From: a virus | Direction: 5' to 3' (one strand) | DNA: 64,000 nt | Virus record (IMG/VR): IMGVR_UViG_3300045131_002298 | Span: 1 to 64,000 of that record | In this document: one piece after another, positions 11,001 to 20,584 of the stretch | Layout: each line of letters starts with the position of its first letter | How positions within the stretch are numbered: position 1 is the first letter of the stretch | Position numbers and translations under genes: made by a program | Notes under the pieces: generated by a model | What the model saw: the letters and a program-made list of their open reading frames with translations, nothing else | Database searches by the model: none | Told to the model about the DNA's origin: nothing

Positions 11001-12662
11001 ATACAACAAAGACTCATCGTCCAAGTCTAATGAATCTGCAATAACTATAAAATCTTCAGATTCCTGAACTACTGAGTCTCTCACCTGTTTTAGCGCATTG
11101 GCCTCTGCGAGAGTAATATAACCATCAGATGAAAATCTGTCTATTCCTTCGGAGAGAGCATCTAGAGCTACACCCACTTCATCTATCTGATCATTTACAT
11201 ATGTCGAAACTTTATTATCTTTTGCAGTAATTAGTGCTGTTTCTAGGATGGCTTTCTTACTCTTTACAGCTACAAACAGGGCTTTTATTGTCCCTCTATC
11301 GTCGGCTGTAATTGTTAACGGATATGTGGGTTGATCTATCCATAGAGATAGTTCGTCCTGTAGATCTATCAATGCGATAAGATAAGAATTACCATAGGCT
11401 GTTAAGCCTTCGGTAGCAGCTTCCGCTAATAATTCCTCTGACTCAGCGAAAAGTGTATTAAGTTGTAATTTTAGGGAATTAGCTTCTGGCAGAGTAAGGA
11501 TTAAATCCGACGAAATAGAATCGAATGAACTCGTAATATCATTGATCGCCGTAGTAACATCCGCAATTTCAGCCTTTACAAAATCCCTAACCCTATAAGT
11601 CTGTCTATTAGAAACCGCCTCTAGTAGTTTCCCTTTAGCTGCCTGAACTTCATTGATAAGGCGTTGGATTTCAGTCCTATCAGCTATAGTTATAGCAAGT
11701 GGGTATCTATCTTGATTAATCCAAGGAGCTATTCCGTTCCGTAGTGCCGTTAGTGCCGCCTGATATCCGGTGTCACCGGGGGCTATTCCAAGTTCCGCAG
11801 CTAAGGTGGTTAGTTCAACAGACTCCGCTATTAATTGCTCCACCGTGAGTCTTAGCGAATTTGATTCTGATAGAGATATAAAAAGGTCAGAAGAATAGCT
11901 AGATACATCACTAGAAAGACCCGAAAGTATGTCAGACACATCACCAAATTGTTCGTTAACATAATTAGTAGTGTCTATAAATTGGCTAGCTATGGTTTCT
12001 TGGTATCCAAAAAAATCTTCTAATAATTCATTATGGTCTTCTACCAAAACATTAGTAGTGTCTGTTAAAGAATGTAAGTCATCTAAAACATCCTGAAAGC
12101 CTTCAATCATGTCCCCGGAATATCTTTTCCAGAAATACCCGTTCCACATAAGCTTAATATCACGATAAGCCACTACATGTGCGGCTCCACGCTTCAAACC
12201 GGGATTAGGTAATTCATCATCTCCCTCACATGTAAAAAACCATTCTAAGGGCTTCCATGACTGAGTGTCTACATCCCACCACCAATAATCCTTTGATCTA
12301 CTATCATAATAAGGAATATCAGTAGGAGGCCAATTAGCTCTTGGTGTAGTCCACATCTCAAACGGCTGCCTTGAGCCATAAGGTTCTCCGGTTCTAGGGT
12401 TTATTTCTCCAGGGATAGGTAAATCGTTTACAGTATTGGCGGCTCCATCTTCCTCTATTATTCTATAATCAAGTCCATCCCAAAAAACAGCAGAGTACCA
12501 GTCTCTAACCCATCTTTCCTGTCCATAAAAATTACCTTCTGGTGACTGCCATCCTAATGCTCTAGAATAAGTTACACCATCTCCCAAAGAAGGAGCAGTA
12601 CCTCCCTCAGGAACATAATATAGCCAATTACCTTTATCTTCTATTGTGGAATCATAAGTCAT
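8034..12662 (-). CDS. Large tail/receptor-binding protein
   Basis: Three helical SSD..xxL.ExNxL repeats, repeated beta domains, ELVTNGDF..D.NW carbohydrate-binding-like domain. Confidence 0.7.
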   Translation of the reverse strand: MTYDSTIEDKGNWLYYVPEGGTAPSLGDGVTYSRALGWQSPEGNFYGQERWVRDWYSAVFWDGLDYRIIEEDGAANTVNDLPIPGEINPRTGEPYGSRQPFEMWTTPRANWPPTDIPYYDSRSKDYWWWDVDTQSWKPLEWFFTCEGDDELPNPGLKRGAAHVVAYRDIKLMWNGYFWKRYSGDMIEGFQDVLDDLHSLTDTTNVLVEDHNELLEDFFGYQETIASQFIDTTNYVNEQFGDVSDILSGLSSDVSSYSSDLFISLSESNSLRLTVEQLIAESVELTTLAAELGIAPGDTGYQAALTALRNGIAPWINQDRYPLAITIADRTEIQRLINEVQAAKGKLLEAVSNRQTYRVRDFVKAEIADVTTAINDITSSFDSISSDLILTLPEANSLKLQLNTLFAESEELLAEAATEGLTAYGNSYLIALIDLQDELSLWIDQPTYPLTITADDRGTIKALFVAVKSKKAILETALITAKDNKVSTYVNDQIDEVGVALDALSEGIDRFSSDGYITLAEANALKQVRDSVVQESEDFIVIADSLDLDDESLLYSNAVEALVEGLESWVDNPPYPRAITPENRAAITSLLTTVQNTKVTIINAISGANAAVAVEGIGFDISQFRTTYDGFIRGFTTELILTFVSEDELSLRPNYGEYDYLKVNEQNIAASKKTSVFSFTPVLDWTESTQTLSTTTLQADRVQSPYYVYLADRSSGFMLRDYDYRGRLFCSNTAPSNNYLGDVGLGRNAVLVGTIDTNNEAKFVNILTASLISRTSDLKEVYREFSDFDLVFTSEDTLTLQLNYGCYGQIYIPESLYYIGQSREVTTTSTRLELNPDGTLRFVYTNILPSTLYYVYIGGDVDIYNGNPEGQDGRPLQPGDDEYNADKDLRLWLFLSETPPDNGRLAESYYGYWARHIGQVRTDANGKFIYSAGISAIRQTTLNATHLDGLAEVAIYPDTIYEFKVIKKKGTSGILMVGGEGILTYDPLDPILANRELVHKVNIHDTSQIYDEDNLLSPLSDGPEVSTLVGQLLYVYMANSQDFWGSYAGQLFVSTTPQVNGYISQNWPGNNARWVATLQLTPVALGTELVTNGDFTTDANWTIGTGWEYDSDNKYMVHTAGTASLSQSISLTEGDCYQVSYSLVECTSGSVAPRLADTLGSSQSLAGSVVANLVAGSGSLIELVPSQGFTVSVDNISVRKVNGGDFSGTYLRDGIGVITGVIEDANVATNTTWSSNRIQSELNNLRTMIAASGTFDQQKQTGIPVRLEYLDTTHVRLVPTVDSPNIIFPDLSNRTLPNSGLDMTISGSAGTFYYVWLSATDITMSTDAPVTTYAKMITRGEGSTKILVGYIGCSDTDEIAGTWNVFSLYGETAKQWGINIPTNGADITNTWYGAVTGPTKNYTYSRTGGSSWFGAVAWYMDGGGVGVWWSTGLSTVYFALGSYNGVKVEWYDSDENGSGYYVTGPGGSVYIWNQQHWETLTAYCNMSITLTHSGTLSSVGDIALTLDHNYTAVNTGNYGNNRWHDTAWTCTGQMMLSRPASDW

Positions 12663-12668
12663 ATTATT

Positions 12669-12962
12669 TTATGCTATATATCCTTCTATATCCAATTGAG
12701 TAGGAACCGCGGGTGAAGTTCCCATAGCCCTAACGTTAAAGTTAAACATTTCAAAACCTTGCATTACTGACATAGCTGAATCTCCTATTATTATAGGTTT
12801 CCCAGTTACTCTCCAGCAGGCTATCTTAGGATGTAGGTCAAAAGACCAAAGATCAAATGCTAACGCCCCTCCGTTTGCTATAACTGCTTCCTCTGAGCAT
12901 ACGGGAGGACCGGCCCCCCAAGTATCTCCAGGAGTTTCAGGTGGAAAATATTTGACTGACAT
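12669..12962 (-). CDS. Small virion protein, paralog 3 of 3
   Basis: CWxVxG...GFEMxNFN...TxPA motif shared with the next two ORFs. Confidence 0.6.
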   Translation of the reverse strand: MSVKYFPPETPGDTWGAGPPVCSEEAVIANGGALAFDLWSFDLHPKIACWRVTGKPIIIGDSAMSVMQGFEMFNFNVRAMGTSPAVPTQLDIEGYIA

Positions 12963-13243
12963 TATGCTGCCCTACTATTACTATTATACAATCCAGGAAG
13001 TCCTGCTAGTGAAGGAACAGCAGGTTGTGTAGTACCTTGTGAGAAGTTAAAATTTATTACTTCCATGCCGTTATGTATTCCCATAGTATTACCTTGAATT
13101 TTAACCCTTAAACCAGTAATTGACCAACATGCCATAGCTATAGTATCTTCAATAACCATTCCTACGTAAGCGGCTCCTGCACATCCTGGACCTCCTAGTT
13201 TTTCCGCGCCCCCTGGAGCAGATCCTATATACTTAGCCCCCAT
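12962..13243 (-). CDS. Small virion protein, paralog 2 of 3
   Basis: MGAKY..CWSITG..GMEVINFN..TQPA. Confidence 0.6.
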   Translation of the reverse strand: MGAKYIGSAPGGAEKLGGPGCAGAAYVGMVIEDTIAMACWSITGLRVKIQGNTMGIHNGMEVINFNFSQGTTQPAVPSLAGLPGLYNSNSRAA

Positions 13244-13247
13244 TTTG

Positions 13248-13598
13248 TTATACTCCTACTGTTCCTACTATATTAGTATATGTAGATAATGCGGGTTGTG
13301 TTCCGCTTGTGTGAAAGTTAAAATTCACCATTTCAAAACCAGCCTGGACTGAAAATTCCTTATCATTTATTATTACTGCTCTGCCAGATACTTTCCAGCA
13401 CATCTTTTGAAAAGTATCTACTGGAACTCCGCCTTGAGGTATACCATAATTTCTGTAAACATGAGAAACTACTCCTTCTACGGTAGTGGGCCCATCAAAG
13501 GCAACAGCCCCTGACCCCGCAGCCGCTGTAGAACAAACCCCGGAATTATTAGAAAACACGCCCCCTGGCCCTACACCTGTTATATACTTACCACCCAT
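13248..13598 (-). CDS. Small virion protein, paralog 1 of 3
   Basis: MGGKY..CWKVSG..GFEMVNFN..TQPA. Confidence 0.6.
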   Translation of the reverse strand: MGGKYITGVGPGGVFSNNSGVCSTAAAGSGAVAFDGPTTVEGVVSHVYRNYGIPQGGVPVDTFQKMCWKVSGRAVIINDKEFSVQAGFEMVNFNFHTSGTQPALSTYTNIVGTVGV

Positions 13599-13708
13599 TA
13601 CTTAAGCCTTTCGACAAACGTCTTTTTTACTTTGTCTCCATGCTTACTATCTTCCACATAAGCACAGTTTCTGCCTTGAATTAGATAATTTTTTAAAGTA
13701 AGCTATAT

Positions 13709-13906
13709 TTACTTCTTGCCTTTTTTAGTAGGAATTAACCCAGTTACAAGCTCCTCTAATTGTGTCAGCCTTTCTTTAAGTTCAATATTTTCTTGCTTTA
13801 CTTTGTTAGCCATTATAGCCTGTGGTGTTTTATCTACCTTTAGCCATCCTTTTTTCCCTCGTCTACTCATCCCCATGGGTGGGGTATCAAATACGTCTTT
13901 AGCCAT
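13709..13906 (-). CDS. Small coiled-coil protein, possible tail assembly chaperone
   Basis: Likely start MAKDVF directly after the DUF4815 gene; coiled coil KQENIELKERLTQLEELV. Confidence 0.55.
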   Translation of the reverse strand: MAKDVFDTPPMGMSRRGKKGWLKVDKTPQAIMANKVKQENIELKERLTQLEELVTGLIPTKKGKK

Positions 13907-13907
13907 T

Positions 13908-16900
13908 TTACTCAACCCTCGATGCAATAAATCCAATATTGCGAACCTTGGGGGTTAACGCACGATTAGATGTTTCAAGATAAATTAGTGGTCTAAGCTG
14001 TGAAAACTCTTTCATTACAATAGTTCCACCAGTTGTATATGCATTATTTCCTACAGAGGCCACTCCAGCAGTTGTGTATAACTCAAATGTATTAGTGTCG
14101 GCATTAGTAACAACCCAATCACCGTTAGCATTACTATTTCCTCCTACACTATCAATAGTAACGATTGCCCCTTCTTTGTAACCGTGCGCTGCAGATGTGA
14201 TAACTATTGGTTCTGCATTAGTGGCATTTGTTATACTAGCTTCATCTGGTGTCTCAAACTGATATGAATACCATGGGTCATCTAAAGCTACAGGGGTATA
14301 GCCTTCTTTTAATCCTAATTCTACCCAGGTAACTCCATCATCCACTGAAAATTTAGGAGTCACACTTCTCACGCCCGTCCCGTTAGTCCCATCAGTATCC
14401 AAGTCCATAAAGGCTGATACCTTATTTGGGTAAGACAACGCATCACTAAATTCACTATCATTACCTATGTAGCTTGCACTAGCATTATGATATAATAGCA
14501 GTATACCAGCAAACTTATCTACAATTTGATAACTTCCGCCTAGACTTGTCACATCTACTCGTAATTGTAATTTAGTTATTATATCATCTAGCTCGGTGTT
14601 TATATATGGATGGAACGGTATCCATGTAACCCCACTATCTAAAGAATATGCCCACGTTACATTGGTGCCAGGAGCTATAAACTCCTCTACAGCCATTACC
14701 AAAATAGAAGCCTGAATACCAGTTAATTCAGTCCATACTATTTGACAATCATTTTCAAAATTAGACTTATATAGTTTGTATTTTAAATCTCGCTTTGTCC
14801 ATGGTTCCCATGTCCTGTTGTTAGGGCCATGGAATAGCACTCCTTCACAGGTATGAACAACAATGCGCTGACCTGTAAGAATATCAACAGTACCTAATTC
14901 AGAACTATACAAATTAAAATCAGTACTACCGCCACTAGGAATACCTACAAAACAATACTCTTGTCCTGGATTATATCCCAGCACATTATCAAATACAAAC
15001 CTAGTCTCTATACTACTGTCTGTTGACACATCTATGTCATCTGGTGTAAGAGTTTTAGAAGCATACACTAAAGGACCAGGGTAGCCATTAACAGTGTTCC
15101 TTATTTGCACAGTGTATGGCATTGTGGCTGATTTAGTTTTAAAAAACAACCCTAACTCAGATATATAAGTTAAATCGTTGTTTACCACAAACGTCTGAGC
15201 CAGGGGATCTCCTTGTACTATAACCTGTCCTGTCTCAGTAACCGTTTCTGTGGTTATTACTTTTTCTATAGAAGAAATTCCAACTACAGTGTTTTGATTA
15301 GTCTGCGTAAAACCAGCGGTATAATAATTTGCAGTTGCGGTTGATATATCCGGATCTGCATAATAAAATACCCTAATAATAGCGTTACCAATAGGGATTC
15401 CCTCTGGAACTAAAAATGTTGCAGTTAATGAACCAGTATTACTAGAAGTAACAGTAGTTTTTGATTGGTAGGTATGTGAACCTATCGCCCCACTGTGATT
15501 TACAGGAGAAGAGTCATAAGTCAAATCACAGGCTATCCCATTCATAGTTACAGCGTGATCCACATTAGGAAGAAGCCCAATAACATCACACGCTATAGTC
15601 ACTCCTGACCGCATCATACCTTGAAGAGTAAAATCAACCACCCTGTCACCCATCTCTTGTGTGACCTTATTAGGAACTAAGGATTCAACCTGTTGTGTTC
15701 CTGTTCTAGTTGTATCAAATACTCCTGTCCAAGTAGGAGCTGACCAAACCCCTGCGTATTGGTGCCAGTTTGTGGTACGAGGTAAGCCATTTGACCATCC
15801 ACCCCAATCAACTTCAGATACAACGGTTGGATTAATTGTATCTAATAATGGCTGTAAATTACTATCAAAGTCAATATTAAGTTGAGGTAATTGTGCGGAA
15901 TCTACAAACACATCTATCTCTGGGGTTATTAGCATATGACCGTAGTAATTTTCATATGTAAAATCTGAAGCTCCGTTTACTGTAATACCTGCTTGAGTCT
16001 GCTCATCAAACACCTCTGGTTGGTAGTCTAGCATAATGCTATTTCCGGCCTGTCGTACATGCACAGAATTATCTAAATCTACTTCTATAACCTGCATATC
16101 TTGAGACGCAGGAAGCCTAATACATCTCTCATTTCTATCTATTGCTGCGGTATGAGCTAGGCCCCCAGTAGAAAAATTTAGATCTATTTTACCAAATCCT
16201 GTGAGAGCATCTGTAAACACACCTTGCTTTTCAGCAGTAGTAGCCACGCCTCCCACTAACCCATACAGATCCTTATTAGATACCTCTTTTTCTAAGTCAT
16301 TAACTGTATTCCAATATTCTAATCTCTCTATACGTTCCTGCAGTCTTTGTATACCTCTTTGCGTAATTCTTTTAGGCTCTACAGAAACAACTGCAACGTC
16401 AGATATGGAATATGTGTATGCCGGTACATGTATAACAGCTAAAGTTAGCACCCCACTTTGATCAGGAGGAGCAGGGGGAGCTAAAGCAGGAGCACCAGTT
16501 ATTAGTCTAAAATTCCCAAAATCATCAATAGTCAATTTATCAATTCTTCCCAAGTAATACTCATAATCAAATCCAGGATCTTCCCCTGATCCTGGCATTG
16601 TGCCGGTTGTTCTAAAGTCTAAACAGTCACGTAAATATAACCCGCCATACATTTCTATATCGGTGTAGCTATCATAAGAAGCAGCAGTTACAACATCTCC
16701 CTCTAAAATATGAGCCCATGCATAAAAAGTAACATAATAGGTTGCAGATGAAATAGGCTGTCCTGTAACTCCGGTCCCGTGCTCTCCGGCTGCAGACCAG
16801 TCAATTTGTGATGTGTCGTGCGATAAAGCCCCACTATTCTTTAATAGAGAGTATGATGTATATTGTGTGGCGGACTGCCCCGCACTATTATTAATACGAA

Positions 16901-19067
16901 CTATTGAAATAACATCTTTAGCTGCGCCTGTTAATGAAACAGACGTTCCATAAGGCTCTCCAGTAGCTGGATCAATTGCTGCTCTTGTAATAGAGGTTGC
17001 ACTAGTAAAGGATAAACTATCTTGTCCATACTCTGCACCTTTAATTATAGGAGCATCTATAACTAGTACTTTTCTTCTCGTACCTATTATAGGTTCATAC
17101 GTCTTCTTAATCTTAGCGTAATATGTGGCTCCATCTATCGGCTGACTTCCACCTAAGGACCAATCTATACAAGGACCAGCTCCTTCAATTACACTTCTTT
17201 GATAATCTACAGATACGCTATAGTCAAACTTTTCATCGTGGCATTCAGTAAGTGAATCAGATATGCCAATTATAGATGATAAATCCTCTACCTCATCATA
17301 AGTATGAAGATTACTACGTGTCATCGTAACAACTGACTCAGTCTTATACGACATATCAGTAACTTCTTTAATATAATAATGATTCAGTTGGTATAATCTC
17401 GTCCCTTGGGGAAGATAGGTTCCTGCTGCAAGCCCCAAAATAGGTGCCGCATCATTCGAGGTGGGAGCCGATATTGTTAGGCTATTTCCTTCCCTTGCTC
17501 TAAGCTGTAAAACCGTAGTCGCAACATAAGTCATTAAATCAGCAGGATAGCCGTCTGAGACTATCTTGGCTGCGATAGCTGCCCCTACTTGTGCAGCAGT
17601 AGACTCAGATGTAAAAGCGACCTCATGGAAGTCACCACTACCTACCTTAAACTTTAGTGTCTTCCCATTTAAACTATAGGTTTGAGCAATTGTGCCTGTG
17701 CACACACCCCCATCATAATCAAACACGTCGCAGGCTGATTCGTTTTCGCTCGCAGTTACTCTGGCTTTATTAAACTCTATAAATCTAGTCCCGTCAAATT
17801 GAACTTTAAATCCTTTAGGATAAGCAACCCCTCTTCCTATTTTAAGCTGTAACTTCTCAGCGTCATCCTCGTGGTCCACAATCTGATAACTAAAGTTCTC
17901 AGTAACAAAGTGACCAGATACGTCATAAATACCTTCAGCAATTCTCTTCTGGAGTTCAGTTCTCTCCATCGGTAGTGTAGTTGTCTTTTCTATACCATCC
18001 ACAAATCGCTGTATTTCAATTGAACCAACAGTATCTAATACATATGTATATACATAAACTAATCTATCAGCCCCCGTCTGCTCATATCTATGGTCTATTA
18101 ATTCATCTATATTTCTAATATAATCGTCATCAAGATAGGTCTGAACCGTAGGTGTAACAGTTATACCAACAACTTCTTCGCCAAAGCCTGTAAGCGTAAC
18201 TAAAGCCTCTGGAACCGTTACAAATTGACCGTCTAAATAAATTACTCCCTCTGTAAAAGTATACTTCCATGAAGCAGTAATATCTACCTTGCAGCCAGTG
18301 CCTCCCCCAGCAGAAGTTGTGGTTAACCCAGTGCCATCATAATATCCACTTCCGGCTGTAGTAACCGTCAAAGTAGCCACAGCAGTTCCACTTAAAGTAG
18401 CAACGGTAGCGATAGCTCCACTTCCCTCTGTGCTATATATTGTAAGAGTATCTCCTACCTCATATCCTGTCCCGGCATTACCAGCAGTAACTGTAGCTGT
18501 TAAAACTGTACCCCTTGCGTAAGGGACAGGCTTGCAACCTTCTCTAATATCACCATTTCTAAATGTGGTGTCACCTAGGTTTTTTGTGTCCCGCATGTGT
18601 AACCATTGCTGGTCCATGCCCTCTGGTCTTTGCCAATACTTCCCATTGTTCCACAATAACGCCTGCCAGTTGTCCCTACCAGATGTATTTGTTGTAGGTG
18701 GCTCTTCACCTAAATCTAGTGATAACCCCGTATCATCTAGCACGTTAGCAGAAGGTGTTGATGTTCCTATTAAATAATATTCATTATCGGTGTGTTTCCT
18801 AAAGAACTTTATACTACGTGCTGCTGCTGAAACACTTTCACAACTAAGCCTAATAAAATTATTGGCAGTTAATGTTGCATTACCATTAGTTACTGTAGTT
18901 ACGGAACTTTGTATAGTCTCGCCTACATTTGTAGTAAACGTAGCTACATAACTATATGAGGTTGAGCCCGTAGTCCCGTGAACATCTGCTTCAACTGTAG
19001 GAGCAGAAATAGACTCCCCGGCACGGAGTTTATAATCGTACATTGCGGAATCAAGTATACCTGACAT
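13908..19067 (-). CDS. DUF4815-type baseplate/tail protein
   Basis: RIERLEYW..LEKE, DPLAQTF, ELGLFFKTK, DLKYKLYKSNF motifs typical of DUF4815 proteins. Confidence 0.8.
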   Translation of the reverse strand: MSGILDSAMYDYKLRAGESISAPTVEADVHGTTGSTSYSYVATFTTNVGETIQSSVTTVTNGNATLTANNFIRLSCESVSAAARSIKFFRKHTDNEYYLIGTSTPSANVLDDTGLSLDLGEEPPTTNTSGRDNWQALLWNNGKYWQRPEGMDQQWLHMRDTKNLGDTTFRNGDIREGCKPVPYARGTVLTATVTAGNAGTGYEVGDTLTIYSTEGSGAIATVATLSGTAVATLTVTTAGSGYYDGTGLTTTSAGGGTGCKVDITASWKYTFTEGVIYLDGQFVTVPEALVTLTGFGEEVVGITVTPTVQTYLDDDYIRNIDELIDHRYEQTGADRLVYVYTYVLDTVGSIEIQRFVDGIEKTTTLPMERTELQKRIAEGIYDVSGHFVTENFSYQIVDHEDDAEKLQLKIGRGVAYPKGFKVQFDGTRFIEFNKARVTASENESACDVFDYDGGVCTGTIAQTYSLNGKTLKFKVGSGDFHEVAFTSESTAAQVGAAIAAKIVSDGYPADLMTYVATTVLQLRAREGNSLTISAPTSNDAAPILGLAAGTYLPQGTRLYQLNHYYIKEVTDMSYKTESVVTMTRSNLHTYDEVEDLSSIIGISDSLTECHDEKFDYSVSVDYQRSVIEGAGPCIDWSLGGSQPIDGATYYAKIKKTYEPIIGTRRKVLVIDAPIIKGAEYGQDSLSFTSATSITRAAIDPATGEPYGTSVSLTGAAKDVISIVRINNSAGQSATQYTSYSLLKNSGALSHDTSQIDWSAAGEHGTGVTGQPISSATYYVTFYAWAHILEGDVVTAASYDSYTDIEMYGGLYLRDCLDFRTTGTMPGSGEDPGFDYEYYLGRIDKLTIDDFGNFRLITGAPALAPPAPPDQSGVLTLAVIHVPAYTYSISDVAVVSVEPKRITQRGIQRLQERIERLEYWNTVNDLEKEVSNKDLYGLVGGVATTAEKQGVFTDALTGFGKIDLNFSTGGLAHTAAIDRNERCIRLPASQDMQVIEVDLDNSVHVRQAGNSIMLDYQPEVFDEQTQAGITVNGASDFTYENYYGHMLITPEIDVFVDSAQLPQLNIDFDSNLQPLLDTINPTVVSEVDWGGWSNGLPRTTNWHQYAGVWSAPTWTGVFDTTRTGTQQVESLVPNKVTQEMGDRVVDFTLQGMMRSGVTIACDVIGLLPNVDHAVTMNGIACDLTYDSSPVNHSGAIGSHTYQSKTTVTSSNTGSLTATFLVPEGIPIGNAIIRVFYYADPDISTATANYYTAGFTQTNQNTVVGISSIEKVITTETVTETGQVIVQGDPLAQTFVVNNDLTYISELGLFFKTKSATMPYTVQIRNTVNGYPGPLVYASKTLTPDDIDVSTDSSIETRFVFDNVLGYNPGQEYCFVGIPSGGSTDFNLYSSELGTVDILTGQRIVVHTCEGVLFHGPNNRTWEPWTKRDLKYKLYKSNFENDCQIVWTELTGIQASILVMAVEEFIAPGTNVTWAYSLDSGVTWIPFHPYINTELDDIITKLQLRVDVTSLGGSYQIVDKFAGILLLYHNASASYIGNDSEFSDALSYPNKVSAFMDLDTDGTNGTGVRSVTPKFSVDDGVTWVELGLKEGYTPVALDDPWYSYQFETPDEASITNATNAEPIVITSAAHGYKEGAIVTIDSVGGNSNANGDWVVTNADTNTFELYTTAGVASVGNNAYTTGGTIVMKEFSQLRPLIYLETSNRALTPKVRNIGFIASRVE

Positions 19068-19085
19068 CTAATTTTGCTCCTATGT

Positions 19086-19598
19086 TTATCTAAATTCTAA
19101 AGCTATTTTTACTTCTTCTTGTCTGTCTGCCGCCATTGTTGTAACTGTATCGTTATGCACATAAACCAACACACCTTCGTCACTGACATCAGCAGGTATT
19201 AAAAAATCATCACTTTCATGTCCAGTTGTAGGAGTAAGATTAGCAAATAGACCTATCTGTCTAAAATTTCCGTATACTTGCTCAACTACTGGGTCAAACA
19301 TTACGTCTACAATTAGAAATCTAGCGTCCTCATCATATGCATCCTCATCATCAACATAAGCGTATCCCTGACTATTGATAATAATATGTGCATCAGTAGA
19401 CACTATCTTAGATAATGTAACTAAAGCAGCCTTAACATAAACTATTGGCTCTTCAATTGTAGTTGCAGATACTGGATCATCCGGAGGATCAGCCTCATTA
19501 TCCCAAGCTGTGGTCCTTCCTATTGCTCCCCACAATTCATTATTAGTCTTAAACTGTAAGGCTCTTAGTACTCTACCTGTATAAGTAGTTGCTCCCAT
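19086..19598 (-). CDS. Baseplate structural protein (gp8-like)
   Basis: AIGRTTAWDNEADPP and FRQIGLF motifs; synteny. Confidence 0.7.
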   Translation of the reverse strand: MGATTYTGRVLRALQFKTNNELWGAIGRTTAWDNEADPPDDPVSATTIEEPIVYVKAALVTLSKIVSTDAHIIINSQGYAYVDDEDAYDEDARFLIVDVMFDPVVEQVYGNFRQIGLFANLTPTTGHESDDFLIPADVSDEGVLVYVHNDTVTTMAADRQEEVKIALEFR

Positions 19599-19611
19599 TT
19601 ATACGTCCTTA

Positions 19612-20577
19612 TTAATTTGGTATTATTTCTGTAATTTCTGGTGGATCTTGTAATAATGCGTGCTCCACGGTAAGTGGGTTACTTACAGTACCCTCGCTTA
19701 TAGGAATAGTATTAGATACTCTTAAATTACTATTTACTGTTAGGTATCCGCCCATAACATTAGAATCTCCCAACTCAAATATCTCTACTCGCTGAATTGA
19801 GCCCAGCCGCTCAAAACCAATCCAGAAGGATTGCCCTATAATTCCTCTTCCTATCGCTATATCATCAAGATCGTTATCTTCGAAGATGCCCTTACGACCA
19901 AAATTGCAATCAATTGCAAATATAACTTCTGGAGAATGAACAGTTTTAATCCACCATAATTCACCGGCGGCATTTGTCTCCGCCATTCCAGTAGTTAATT
20001 CGTACCAATCTACGGTATGGTCTACTGTAAGCTCAAAGCTACCATCGTGCCAGTAATTATTATCCATGATTACACAATCAGTGCAACCAATACGACCCTG
20101 CTTACCAACTATCATAAGCCTAGAAGCATTATCCTGTATTTCACAGAAATCGCTCCCAGCTAATTTTACTTCATCCCTAAGCCTTAATTCTGTACCTTTG
20201 TAGGAATGACGTGTAATAGCACTTTGTATTCGTTCTCTATTAAATCTTCGGCTCTTGTCATCACGCCAATTATGCCCAACAAGATCAGTAAGGAAAGGCA
20301 AAAATCTATCTTGGATCACCTGAACATTATGAGTCCGCAGCAGCTCCCCAACAAAATTCTCAATGCGCTCAAAAGCACTATCTGGAACCTTAAGAAAACG
20401 TTCCAGCATGCCCTCCACACCAATTAGTTTGCTGCATTGAGGGCACCTAGTATCAGTATGATCCTCAGGGATAGCATAACCACAAGACTGACATTCATCT
20501 TTCAAGACGACATCAGTGACTCGTAAGTCTAATGCTTTCCAGATTTCAGGTAAACGATCAAATAAATTACTAGGCAT
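19612..20577 (-). CDS. Baseplate wedge protein (P2 gpI-like) with Zn-ribbon insert
   Basis: LFDRLPEIW..D, LERFL, FLPFLTDLVG, KGT; CQSC..CPQC insert. Confidence 0.75.
   Translation of the reverse strand: MPSNLFDRLPEIWKALDLRVTDVVLKDECQSCGYAIPEDHTDTRCPQCSKLIGVEGMLERFLKVPDSAFERIENFVGELLRTHNVQVIQDRFLPFLTDLVGHNWRDDKSRRFNRERIQSAITRHSYKGTELRLRDEVKLAGSDFCEIQDNASRLMIVGKQGRIGCTDCVIMDNNYWHDGSFELTVDHTVDWYELTTGMAETNAAGELWWIKTVHSPEVIFAIDCNFGRKGIFEDNDLDDIAIGRGIIGQSFWIGFERLGSIQRVEIFELGDSNVMGGYLTVNSNLRVSNTIPISEGTVSNPLTVEHALLQDPPEITEIIPN
19904..19919 (+). repeat. 16-bp near-palindromic site, copy 1 (intragenic)
   Basis: TTGCAATCAATTGCAA. Confidence 0.85.
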
Positions 20578-20584
20578 TTAATCC

